A stretch of 64,000 nucleotides of DNA from Candidatus Staskawiczbacteria bacterium (lineage in GTDB: Bacteria > Patescibacteriota > Minisyncoccia > Minisyncoccales > Staskawiczbacteraceae), in the NCBI GenBank assembly GCA_903845295.1, contig CAIMWV010000027.1, forward strand, positions 8,819 to 72,818, read 5' to 3'. The translations under genes and the position numbers were made by a program. How positions within the stretch are numbered: the stretch's first letter is position 1; each line of letters begins with the position of its first letter. Below, in pieces: positions 1-7,273 of the stretch. Under the pieces are notes generated by a model. The model had not been told where the DNA came from, made no database searches, and worked only from the letters and a program-made list of their open reading frames with translations.

Positions 1-128
1 CTTTTTTCCGAGGAGAGAAAGCTGATACGCAGTTGCGGTTTGTGCGGTGCCACTGGGGCGCGGCAAGATAATCGCAACCCAATCCGTGCCGGCCGCAGAG
101 GCTGGCGCACAGAGGAAAGGGTGAAACA

Positions 129-1016
129 ATGGGAACCAAGAACGAGTCCAGACTGCTCCAGAATATGACCATGGCACAGCTCGAGGCGGAATTTGACAGG
201 GCAATGGCCGAAGCCTCTTTACCAAGAGTGAACACTTGCATCCACGCTGCGGTCAAGGCCGTGGATAATGAATCGCGGATTCGCGATGCGGAGACCGTTG
301 TAGCCAGCCTCCAATTCTTAATGGGCACTTACCGCCGCATAAGCACGCGGTTCGGCAACAGCGACCCGGAAGCGACCAAGAAACTGTTCCGCCAGATACG
401 GGTGATAATCATTAAGAATTACACCGGCGATTCTATCGCCCCAATGTGGCTGACCGTCCCCGTGCCAAGAGAGTCTATGATTAGCAGAAGAGACAAGTTT
501 ATCACAGCCTTTTTTGCCGAATACGGGTGTGTGGACCTGGATTCAAGAGACCTGGCCGGCTTTGAGGAATATCTGCGGAACCTGTGGCAGGAAAGGGAAA
601 AAAGCAAAGTCACTGGCCATGCGCCAGTTGAGCTGATAAAAACAACGATAAGCGCCGGCGCGTTCGGCTTGCTGACGCATTTCCTGGTTTTCGAGGCTAT
701 CCCGTACATTTTCAATGAGCTTCTTGCACAAAACCTTGCACTTGCTCGGCGTCATACAGCGAGGGCTGCGCTAACATTCGAGTTGATCAAGCCAATGCCT
801 CTGGCGCTACATCCGATAATCATCGAACCGGTAGATAAAGAGAAAATCGAGTTGCTCTGTGCTACTGTCCTCCGACTGGAAGGAGGGTGTAATCCCCACC
901 CGAGTGATGAGGTTTTTAAGGGCGCTCGTGCCTTGCTCGAGCTTCTCGGCCAATACACGCTGCGCGATTGGGAATTAGGACAGGCGTCAACCGCAGTTAC
1001 GCATTCAGGGCAGTAA
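129..1016 (+). CDS. hypothetical protein (GC-rich module)
   Basis: 295-aa track ORF; SD-like aggaaaggg upstream; own hairpin+T-run terminator at 1031-1058; no motif I recognise. Confidence 0.5.
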   Translation: MGTKNESRLLQNMTMAQLEAEFDRAMAEASLPRVNTCIHAAVKAVDNESRIRDAETVVASLQFLMGTYRRISTRFGNSDPEATKKLFRQIRVIIIKNYTGDSIAPMWLTVPVPRESMISRRDKFITAFFAEYGCVDLDSRDLAGFEEYLRNLWQEREKSKVTGHAPVELIKTTISAGAFGLLTHFLVFEAIPYIFNELLAQNLALARRHTARAALTFELIKPMPLALHPIIIEPVDKEKIELLCATVLRLEGGCNPHPSDEVFKGARALLELLGQYTLRDWELGQASTAVTHSGQ

Positions 1017-1030
1017 CAAGCCAGCAACAG

Positions 1031-1058
1031 GCTCCAGAGCAATTTCTGGAGCTTTTTT
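1031..1058 (+). terminator. intrinsic terminator
   Basis: gctccag-N8-ctggagc stem followed by tttttt. Confidence 0.6.
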
Positions 1059-1066
1059 GTTAGGTC

Positions 1067-1094
1067 TTGACTAATTTTAAATTTATAGTAGAAT
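1067..1094 (+). promoter_or_regulatory. sigma70-like promoter
   Basis: TTGACT-16 nt-TAGAAT inside an AT-rich spacer between two GC-rich ORFs. Confidence 0.5.
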
Positions 1095-1166
1095 ATAGGC
1101 ATTGTCAGGACAATGGGTTCTGGCAGTGTTAGCAGTGGTTTTTTACCATTTTGGAGGGGTTCTTCC

Positions 1167-2450
1167 ATGTTCCGAGCTATTGCAGTGATCCTGTCGTTTG
1201 TGCTTTCTGGCGCCATCTTGGCTCAAGAAGCCGAATCGCGCGCAGGAGGCGGCGGCTGGACGACGTTTACGGATCCGTCGGGAGTGTTGTCAATCAGCAT
1301 GGACAACTCGGTCAGGGAAGACTCCTGGCAGATGCTCCAGATTCAGTCCACCGAGGATCTGGGACTGGGTGGCATTTCATTGTGTAACGACCAGGCGGTT
1401 TGGTCCGCCCTGCAGATCTACGTTGGGCCGTGGAGTCAGACAGTCGATTTCCAGATGCCCGTCGGCGTAAGCGGGCCTGGATTCTACTTCCAGCTGTCAA
1501 CAGCCTCGGTAGGCGTAAGGACTGCAGCTTTTGAAATCAAACCGCAGCCTACAATTACTGACTTCTGGCCGCAAACGGCGGCCTCTGGTCAGGAAGTGAC
1601 CGTGTTCGGATATGGGTTCGACGCCTTCAACTGCGCCAACCTGTACGCCCAGGACGCCAGCAGTTACTATTACACGGGCGACATTCCAGCAACAATGTGG
1701 GATGATGGCACGATTCATTTTACTATGCCGCAGTCCGTGTTTGTCAGAAGCCAAACGAACGGTGCCCTGACCGGGCAGGTCCCGTTGGAAAGCCTTAAGG
1801 AAGTCTCACTACAGATGTACGCGGGCTCCGATGGTTGGTCATCGAATACGGTCAATATCAAGATCGTGTCCACCAGCCTGAACATATCGATGTATCAAAA
1901 TGCGGACGGCAGCAACATCTTCACCATGGGGCAAGATATCCTGCAGTTCGTGGTCGCCGGCGAAAACTTCGGCAACGCCTCCGTGAACCTGGTGAAAACC
2001 CAGGGTACGAAGTCAACTGTTCCGATTTGCACAATCGCCGGCGCGTATCAAAACTTCGAGCAGAGCAGCTGGAGCATCCCGACGGACATCGCGGCCGGCA
2101 CATATGTGCTGTCCATGGCCTTCGGAGATTCTGTTGTGACCACACCGGAGTTTTCCATCGTCGCTCCTTACGTGCCGCCGGAAATCGTGTATGTTCCGGT
2201 TCCGACCACGCCGACTTCATCTCCGTCAGAAGTTCACGACGTGACTGTGCAAATCAACAACAACCTGACTGGATTCTCAATTCGCAAAAGTGGAAAGAGA
2301 ATGGTTACATTCTTTAGTAAGGTCAAGGCTGGGACCGAGAACAACAAACGGCCGCAATATGTGTTGCCGGATGTCGAGATGATTCCGTATGTCGCTCCTC
2401 CGATAGTGAAGAACACTACCGTGGGAACGACTGTGGAATTCCAGTTCTAA
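1167..2450 (+). CDS. secreted protein with IPT/TIG-like Ig-fold repeats (GC-rich)
   Basis: Start moved to M19 of track ORF 1113..2450 (ggagggg SD upstream); signal peptide MFRAIAVILSFVLSGAILAQ; ITDFWPQTAASGQEVTVFGYGF resembles IPT/TIG pattern. Confidence 0.55.
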   Translation: MFRAIAVILSFVLSGAILAQEAESRAGGGGWTTFTDPSGVLSISMDNSVREDSWQMLQIQSTEDLGLGGISLCNDQAVWSALQIYVGPWSQTVDFQMPVGVSGPGFYFQLSTASVGVRTAAFEIKPQPTITDFWPQTAASGQEVTVFGYGFDAFNCANLYAQDASSYYYTGDIPATMWDDGTIHFTMPQSVFVRSQTNGALTGQVPLESLKEVSLQMYAGSDGWSSNTVNIKIVSTSLNISMYQNADGSNIFTMGQDILQFVVAGENFGNASVNLVKTQGTKSTVPICTIAGAYQNFEQSSWSIPTDIAAGTYVLSMAFGDSVVTTPEFSIVAPYVPPEIVYVPVPTTPTSSPSEVHDVTVQINNNLTGFSIRKSGKRMVTFFSKVKAGTENNKRPQYVLPDVEMIPYVAPPIVKNTTVGTTVEFQF

Positions 2451-2485
2451 TAGAAACAAGTAGGTGAGTTCATATTGAACTTGCA

Positions 2486-2515
2486 AAAGCCCCACATGTG
2501 TATAGGGGCTTTTAT
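2486..2515 (+). terminator. intrinsic terminator
   Basis: aaagcccc-N11-ggggcttt stem then T-rich tail. Confidence 0.55.
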
Positions 2516-2546
2516 ATTGCAATTTTTCTTGAAAAAATAATTGGTA

Positions 2547-2650
2547 TTGACCCTTCACCATAACAGTTGGGTTTTTATTTAAAAACGGATAAGCTTATAA
2601 TTTTTTATATTTACTCAATAAATAATACTGCCGGAATGGTGAAGGGTTGA
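2547..2650 (+). repeat. ~105-bp inverted-repeat element, copy A (MITE-like)
   Basis: Terminal arms ttgacccttcaccat / atggtgaagggttga (12 bp perfect); about 80% identical by eye to the reverse complement of 52834-52938. Confidence 0.75.
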
Positions 2651-2674
2651 CATAGTTTTTAATCGGAGTAATAT
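2647..2674 (+). promoter_or_regulatory. sigma70-like promoter formed by right end of element A
   Basis: TTGACA-16 nt-TAATAT; the -35 lies inside the element arm. Confidence 0.55.
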
Positions 2675-2703
2675 TAGAAAAAATATCCAAAAGTTGTAAA
2701 ATT

Positions 2704-2799
2704 ATGTTTGCAGTTATTAAGTATAAACCTAAGGAAAAATTTTACCAGAAAAACAAACAAGTGTTCACAGAAGTAGAAATTACTATGGTCTCTGGCTAA
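2704..2799 (+). CDS. possible 31-aa leader/small ORF (MFAVIKYKPKEKFYQKNKQVFTEVEITMVSG)
   Basis: ATG..TAA read by eye between promoter 2647-2674 and hairpin 2794-2833; no SD; AT-rich. Confidence 0.15.
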   Translation: MFAVIKYKPKEKFYQKNKQVFTEVEITMVSG

Positions 2800-2804
2800 C
2801 AATA

Positions 2805-2827
2805 GCCCCCGTTTTCGGGGGTTTTTG
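2805..2827 (+). terminator. intrinsic terminator / possible attenuator upstream of 2879..4138
   Basis: cccccg-tttt-cggggg stem plus ttttt; enclosed in outer pairing ggctaacaa/ttgttagcc (2794-2833). Confidence 0.6.
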
Positions 2828-2878
2828 TTAGCCAGAGAGTGCGTGGCTCTTTGGCAATTTAAGGTGAGGAGGTGTGGC

Positions 2879-4138
2879 ATGAAGGAGCCGATTGTTAACA
2901 CAGAAGGGGACCCGCCGTACCTGCAGGGCAAGAAGATGGTCGGGCCCTACGAGCGGCTGTTCTGGGATGCAGTGAAGAAAGAGAAGGAGCTGGTGGAGGA
3001 ATTCAATAAGAGGCACAAGATAAAGGACCCGTACGTGGGCATAGATGCCGCACACTTGCATCTTTGCCGGGCTTTTACTTTGGATACGAAGTATCTTGCG
3101 CACATCGAGACTTCGCCCATGGAAGCAGCCAAATTACCGTTGTCTGCCAAGCAGGACATGGTGGGCGATCTGCACCGTGGCGTGGCCTATACCGAAGAAA
3201 GTTTGACAGAACGGATGGCTTTTGCCGCAGAAATGCTGATTTTCTTTGGGGCGAGAAGGGCCTCAACGTGCATTGACGCAACTCCAGATATCGGGTTCCG
3301 CGCAATGCACGTGGCAATCAAGCTGAAAAAGAAGCTTGCCAAAGAGAAGAGGTTGAATTTGGCCATCGGTCCGACCCCCATTTTCGGACTTAGGGAAGAC
3401 CGCTGGGATGTGTTTGCCGAGGCGGCTCGCTTGCCTGAAGTCGATTTTCTTGCCGGCCTTCCTGAAAAAGACATGGTTGCTGATTTGAACAGAAAAGACG
3501 GCAGGATTGGCTTCCAGCGGCACATCAGGAAGGTGATGGATCTGGCCTGCGAAGTCGGCAAGGAAGTCCAGTTTCATCTTGACCAGATGAACATTGAACC
3601 CGAACGCGGAACAGAATTGCTGCTTGAAGCGTTGGAAGGATATGTTGAACAGCCGAAAGTTCCGAACCACAATCCCAAAGATCCGGTGACCTGGGTAATC
3701 CATATGATTTCGCCGTCATGTTACGATGAGCAGCGTTTTCGCAGGCTTGTTGACGGCCTTCTCAAACACAATGTCGGCGTGATTGTCTGTCCGACGGCGG
3801 GGCTATCCATGCGCCAGCACGCGGCAATGAAAACCCGCACCCACAACTGCATGGCCAGGGTCTTGGAACTTTGCGTGATGCGCGTGCCCGTCAAAATCGG
3901 GCCAGATAATATGGGCGATGCCTTTGTCCCGCAAACAGACGGCAATATGTTCGATGAAATTAAGCTGCTCGGCTACGCAATCAGGCATGCACAGACATCA
4001 TTCTATGCAAAACTCGCCATGGGGATTCCGCTCAATAATATTGACAGAGGGATAGCGGCTAACGTGCTCCGTCAAGACTATGAAATAAATTCCAACGACG
4101 ATCCTTCCTGGAAGCCGCCCATCAAGCTGAAAAGCTGA
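2879..4138 (+). CDS. metal-dependent amidohydrolase, cytosine deaminase (CodA)-like (GC-rich)
   Basis: Start at M19 of track ORF (gaggagg SD). HLHLCRAF, VQFHLDQ, VIVCPTAGLSM and GPDNMGDAFVPQTDGNMFDE resemble CodA-family metal-binding and active-site blocks. Confidence 0.65.
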   Translation: MKEPIVNTEGDPPYLQGKKMVGPYERLFWDAVKKEKELVEEFNKRHKIKDPYVGIDAAHLHLCRAFTLDTKYLAHIETSPMEAAKLPLSAKQDMVGDLHRGVAYTEESLTERMAFAAEMLIFFGARRASTCIDATPDIGFRAMHVAIKLKKKLAKEKRLNLAIGPTPIFGLREDRWDVFAEAARLPEVDFLAGLPEKDMVADLNRKDGRIGFQRHIRKVMDLACEVGKEVQFHLDQMNIEPERGTELLLEALEGYVEQPKVPNHNPKDPVTWVIHMISPSCYDEQRFRRLVDGLLKHNVGVIVCPTAGLSMRQHAAMKTRTHNCMARVLELCVMRVPVKIGPDNMGDAFVPQTDGNMFDEIKLLGYAIRHAQTSFYAKLAMGIPLNNIDRGIAANVLRQDYEINSNDDPSWKPPIKLKS

Positions 4139-4263
4139 AGCGCCAAGTAGCGGATTGGGCAAAATAGTTCCCAAAAAACCCAAAGGGTTCAGTGATGATA
4201 AGTTCAGGATTCAGGGACTGGCAAAGATATGCCCGATTAAACAAGGCAAAAATTTTGCAGTTC

Positions 4264-4292
4264 GGAAGCTCTTATGGGCTTCCATTTTTTTT
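4264..4292 (+). terminator. intrinsic terminator
   Basis: ggaagc-N8-gcttcc stem followed by tttttttt. Confidence 0.6.
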
Positions 4293-4364
4293 GGCAAAAA
4301 TTTGACAAAATCTAATGATAGACTAGTGTATACTTATGTAAGTTCCTTTACAGGAGAGTGCCTC

Positions 4365-4604
4365 ATGGCTGGTCAAAAATTGCCAGAACAAGAATCCCTC
4401 AACGCATTGGGCGTTTTTCACGAAGGCTTGGCCGTTGTCCAAGTTCAAGGAGAGTGGTTTCATATCCTGCAATCCGGCGAGCCGGCATATCCAGAGCGTT
4501 ACGAACGCGCTGAATACTTTCAAAATGGGGCAGCCTGGGTTAAGGTAAAAGGAGGGGGGTGGAAAAGGATAGATAAACACGGCAAAGAAATAAAGAACGA
4601 GTAG
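4365..4604 (+). CDS. small WG-repeat (KWG-like) protein (GC-rich)
   Basis: M71 of track ORF 4155..4604, preceded by caggagag; FHEGLAVVQVQGEWFHI and FQNGAAWVKVKGGGWKRIDKHGKEI match the WG-repeat pattern. The upstream part of the ORF is AT-rich promoter/terminator DNA. Confidence 0.5.
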   Translation: MAGQKLPEQESLNALGVFHEGLAVVQVQGEWFHILQSGEPAYPERYERAEYFQNGAAWVKVKGGGWKRIDKHGKEIKNE

Positions 4605-4649
4605 GCTTTACTTTCTAATCGGGGTGAAGCTTTTTTATTGATAAAATTT

Positions 4650-4658
4650 TGGTAAAAT
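4650..4658 (+). promoter_or_regulatory. extended -10 promoter (TGgTAAAAT) for prmC, leaderless geometry
   Basis: TGgTAAAAT ends 7 nt before the A of ATG 4665. Confidence 0.4.
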
Positions 4659-4664
4659 AAATAA

Positions 4665-5423
4665 ATGCAAAAAGAATTTGAGTGGCTTTTAAAAGAAAAA
4701 TATAATAATAAGCCGACCAGGAATTTTTATAAAGACGTAGGAAGATTAAAGGCGGGCGAGCCTTTAGATTATGTAATCGGATTTACTGAGTTTTTGCGAT
4801 GTAAAATTGATTTATCTAAGAAACCTTTAATACCAAGGCCAGAAACAGAATACTGGGTAGGAGAAGTAATAAAAGAAATAAAAAAAGAAAATCATTCGTC
4901 GCGCGGCTCCTCAGGACAAAATTTGCGAATTTTGGATATGTTTGCCGGGTCAGGGTGTATTGGTTTGGCAGTTTTGAAGAATATTAAGAATAGCGAGGTT
5001 GACTTTACTGACAAAGCTAAAAATTGCCTGGAACAGATAAAGATTAATTTAAAAATAAATAAAATAAAATCTGGCAGTTATGCAATAATCCAATCTGATA
5101 TTTTTGACAGTGTAAAAGACAAATACGATTACATTTTTGCCAATCCGCCATATATCGCAATAAAAAGAAGAAATAAGATACAAAAGTCAGTTTTAAAATT
5201 TGAGCCGAAGACGGCTTTATTCGGCGGGAGCGACGGACTTTTTTATATCAGAAAATTTTTGAAAAATGCAAAAAAGCACCTGAACGAGAGCGGAGAAATC
5301 TTTATGGAGCTTGATTTTGTGCAAAAAAATGAAATAGAAGGGCTTACTAAAAAATACAAATACAAAAAATACGAATTTTGGAAAGACCAATTCGGAAAAT
5401 ATAGGTGTTTGGTTTGCGGATAA
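4665..5423 (+). CDS. prmC: release factor glutamine N5-methyltransferase
   Basis: DMFAGSGCIGLA SAM-binding block and FANPPYI (NPPY) catalytic motif. Confidence 0.85.
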   Translation: MQKEFEWLLKEKYNNKPTRNFYKDVGRLKAGEPLDYVIGFTEFLRCKIDLSKKPLIPRPETEYWVGEVIKEIKKENHSSRGSSGQNLRILDMFAGSGCIGLAVLKNIKNSEVDFTDKAKNCLEQIKINLKINKIKSGSYAIIQSDIFDSVKDKYDYIFANPPYIAIKRRNKIQKSVLKFEPKTALFGGSDGLFYIRKFLKNAKKHLNESGEIFMELDFVQKNEIEGLTKKYKYKKYEFWKDQFGKYRCLVCG

Positions 5424-5426
5424 TTC

Positions 5427-5441
5427 TTATTGTGCGACAAA
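5427..5441 (+). repeat. module-boundary motif TTATTGTGCGACAAA
   Basis: Starts 4 nt after prmC stop; 5425-5441 is 17/17 identical to 42196-42212; GC-rich pur island begins downstream. Confidence 0.8.
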
Positions 5442-5499
5442 GATTAATGGAACAGCCAGCAGGTTGTTTTTTATTGGTTTTGTGTTATTATCGTAATCA

Positions 5500-5520
5500 G
5501 CACCTTTCCATGTGAATAGG
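5500..5520 (+). promoter_or_regulatory. 21-nt box GCACCTTTCCATGTGAATAGG upstream of purE-like gene
   Basis: 17/21 identical to 6082-6102 upstream of purC. Confidence 0.4.
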
Positions 5521-5563
5521 AACAGGTGATGAAGTAAAAACCTTGAACTAGGGAGGATTTGAA

Positions 5564-6076
5564 ATGGATCAGGATTCTACGGCAACACCGACAAAGATAA
5601 TCGCCATCATTCTTGGGAGTAAGAATGACTGGCCGAAAGTCCAGCAGGTGATTTCCGGATACACTGCAGATAAAGTAAGGATTGTGGTACATGTAATAAG
5701 TTGCCACCGCAATCCATACGAGGTTGTTGCCTTCGCCGAAGGGTCTGATTATTTCAACGCCGTCATTTGTGTCGGCGGCAAAGCCTTTGCTTTGCCCGGC
5801 GTACTTGACGCGTTTATCCACGCAAATGGCAAAAAAACCCCTGTGATAGGGGTTGCGCTTGGCGAACCAGCTAGTGAAGCTCTCACGGCCGCCGTCTTGT
5901 CTATTAAACAGATTCCGGACCAGCCGGTCATTATGCCAGGACAAGATGTTTATCTGGGCCCTGAAGGTCTTGGGCTTGCGATCGAACGCGTCATCGCCAA
6001 CAGATTGCCCGAGCATAACGAAAGAAAAGAAAAACTCGCTGAACTCGAAATTTACAAGAATTTCAACGGAGATTAG
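5564..6076 (+). CDS. purE: PurE-family protein (AIR carboxylase / N5-CAIR mutase-like) (GC-rich)
   Basis: ILGSKNDW, SCHRNP, GGKAFALPGVLDA and PVIGVAL match conserved PurE blocks; agggagg SD. Confidence 0.75.
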   Translation: MDQDSTATPTKIIAIILGSKNDWPKVQQVISGYTADKVRIVVHVISCHRNPYEVVAFAEGSDYFNAVICVGGKAFALPGVLDAFIHANGKKTPVIGVALGEPASEALTAAVLSIKQIPDQPVIMPGQDVYLGPEGLGLAIERVIANRLPEHNERKEKLAELEIYKNFNGD

Positions 6077-6080
6077 GGGT

Positions 6081-6105
6081 TGCACCTTTCACTGTGAAGG
6101 GTGCA
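6081..6105 (+). promoter_or_regulatory. RNA/DNA hairpin between purE and purC
   Basis: tgcacctttca / tgaagggtgca, 11-bp stem (one G-U) with a 3-nt loop; contains the TGAAGGGTGC box. Confidence 0.5.
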
Positions 6106-6148
6106 TTCCAGATGAGTCCGCAACCGGAAAAAAGGAGGGCGAAAGAAA

Positions 6149-7048
6149 ATGGAATCTTCGGATGTCTTGATGGAAACCGACATACCCAGTCTCTCAGAAC
6201 CCCATCGCGGCAAAGCCCGCGATAATTACGATCTTGGTGACGGCAGGATGGCCATTGTCACCACTGACCGCCTCAGCGCCTTTGACGTGATAATGAATCA
6301 AGGAATTCCCGATAAGGGGAAAGTGCTGAATCAGCTCACGAAATTCTGGCTGACAAGGCCAAACCAAGTCGTTCCCAATCATTTACTGGGCACTGATCTG
6401 GCTCTCCTGCCGCCAGCATTTCAGAGGCCGGAGCTTGAAGGCCGGACAATGATTGTCCGCAAAGTGAAGAAGGTTTTTCCAGTCGAATGTGTTGTACGGG
6501 GATATATAATGGGCTCCGGCTGGGAAAGCTATCAAGCCGACGGCACGGTTTGCGGAATCAAGCTGCCTCCCGGCCTCAAGCTTTGCGACAAGTTGGAGAA
6601 AGCCATATTCACTCCGACAACCAAGGAAGAAAAAGGCCACGACAAGCCGATTACTTTCGAGCAGATGGTCGGCATAGTAGGGAAAGATGCTGCCGAAGCA
6701 ATGCGCTATGCCAGCATCAGGTTGTACGAAGAGACGCATGATTTCGCTTTGGAGCGCGGCATTATCATTGCCGACACGAAGTTCGAATTCGGGCTTCTTT
6801 TCGACGTGATCATGTTGATTGACGAGGTTTTGACCCCGGATTCCAGCCGGTTTTGGCCGAAAGAAAGCTGGGTGCCGGGCAAAAATCCGCCGAGTTTGGA
6901 TAAGCAGCCAGTCCGCGACTGGCTCAAGGCTACCGGATGGAACAAACAGCCGCCGCCGCCGGATTTGCCTCCCGAACTGGTCGCTTCTACTCAGAAAAAG
7001 TATTTGAGGATTTACGAGTTGCTTACCGGCCAATCCTTGGCTGAATAA
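6149..7048 (+). CDS. purC: phosphoribosylaminoimidazole-succinocarboxamide (SAICAR) synthase (GC-rich)
   Basis: GKARDNYD and IVTTDRLSAFDV signature blocks; IIIADTKFEFG; aaggaggg SD. Confidence 0.9.
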   Translation: MESSDVLMETDIPSLSEPHRGKARDNYDLGDGRMAIVTTDRLSAFDVIMNQGIPDKGKVLNQLTKFWLTRPNQVVPNHLLGTDLALLPPAFQRPELEGRTMIVRKVKKVFPVECVVRGYIMGSGWESYQADGTVCGIKLPPGLKLCDKLEKAIFTPTTKEEKGHDKPITFEQMVGIVGKDAAEAMRYASIRLYEETHDFALERGIIIADTKFEFGLLFDVIMLIDEVLTPDSSRFWPKESWVPGKNPPSLDKQPVRDWLKATGWNKQPPPPDLPPELVASTQKKYLRIYELLTGQSLAE

Positions 7049-7273
7049 GCGGCTCGGAAATTCTCGAATCTATGTCCTTATCACGTGCAAGCGGGGTGGG
7101 GACTTTTTGTTTGCAAAATTTAACATTTTTGTTAGTATCTATTTAGCATTGCTCTTTGAAAATCTCTGAAGGGATTTTAGAGCAACTGTTCAACCCGCGA
7201 GTTTTACGGGTGTGGGCGTCGCCTGGGGCGACATTCGACATTTTGAGGGGTCAAAAGCCCCGGGAGAGGGAAG

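Noticed and set aside
2636-2650. Tiny ORF ATGGTGAAGGGTTGA (MVKG*) in the element arm, and the MVKGQ... ORFs reading outward from the opposite arms (2277..2561 minus; 52924 onward)
   Set aside because: The similarity is explained by the DNA repeat itself. The reading frames diverge immediately outside the element and run antisense to real genes.
4155-4364. N-terminal 70 codons of track ORF 4155..4604
   Set aside because: This stretch contains the terminator of the upstream gene and an AT-rich promoter-like segment. The GC-rich, SD-preceded part starts at 4365.
5471-6085. 204-aa minus-strand ORF overlapping the PurE-like gene
   Set aside because: The PurE blocks (GSKNDW, SCHRNP, PVIGV) are on the + strand, which also has an agggagg SD.
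6383-7033. 216-aa ORF antisense to purC (similar cases: 7801..8319 and 7439..7804 antisense to the PurB-like gene)
   Set aside because: The + strand carries unmistakable SAICAR synthase and lyase signatures. Long stop-free antisense frames are expected in GC-rich coding DNA.
7156-7273. ZTP (pfl) or purine riboswitch upstream of the PurB-like gene
   Set aside because: CGCCTGGGGCG superficially resembles the pfl 3' element, but the matching 5' GACUGGCG pseudoknot partner is absent. No purine-riboswitch junction motifs were seen.
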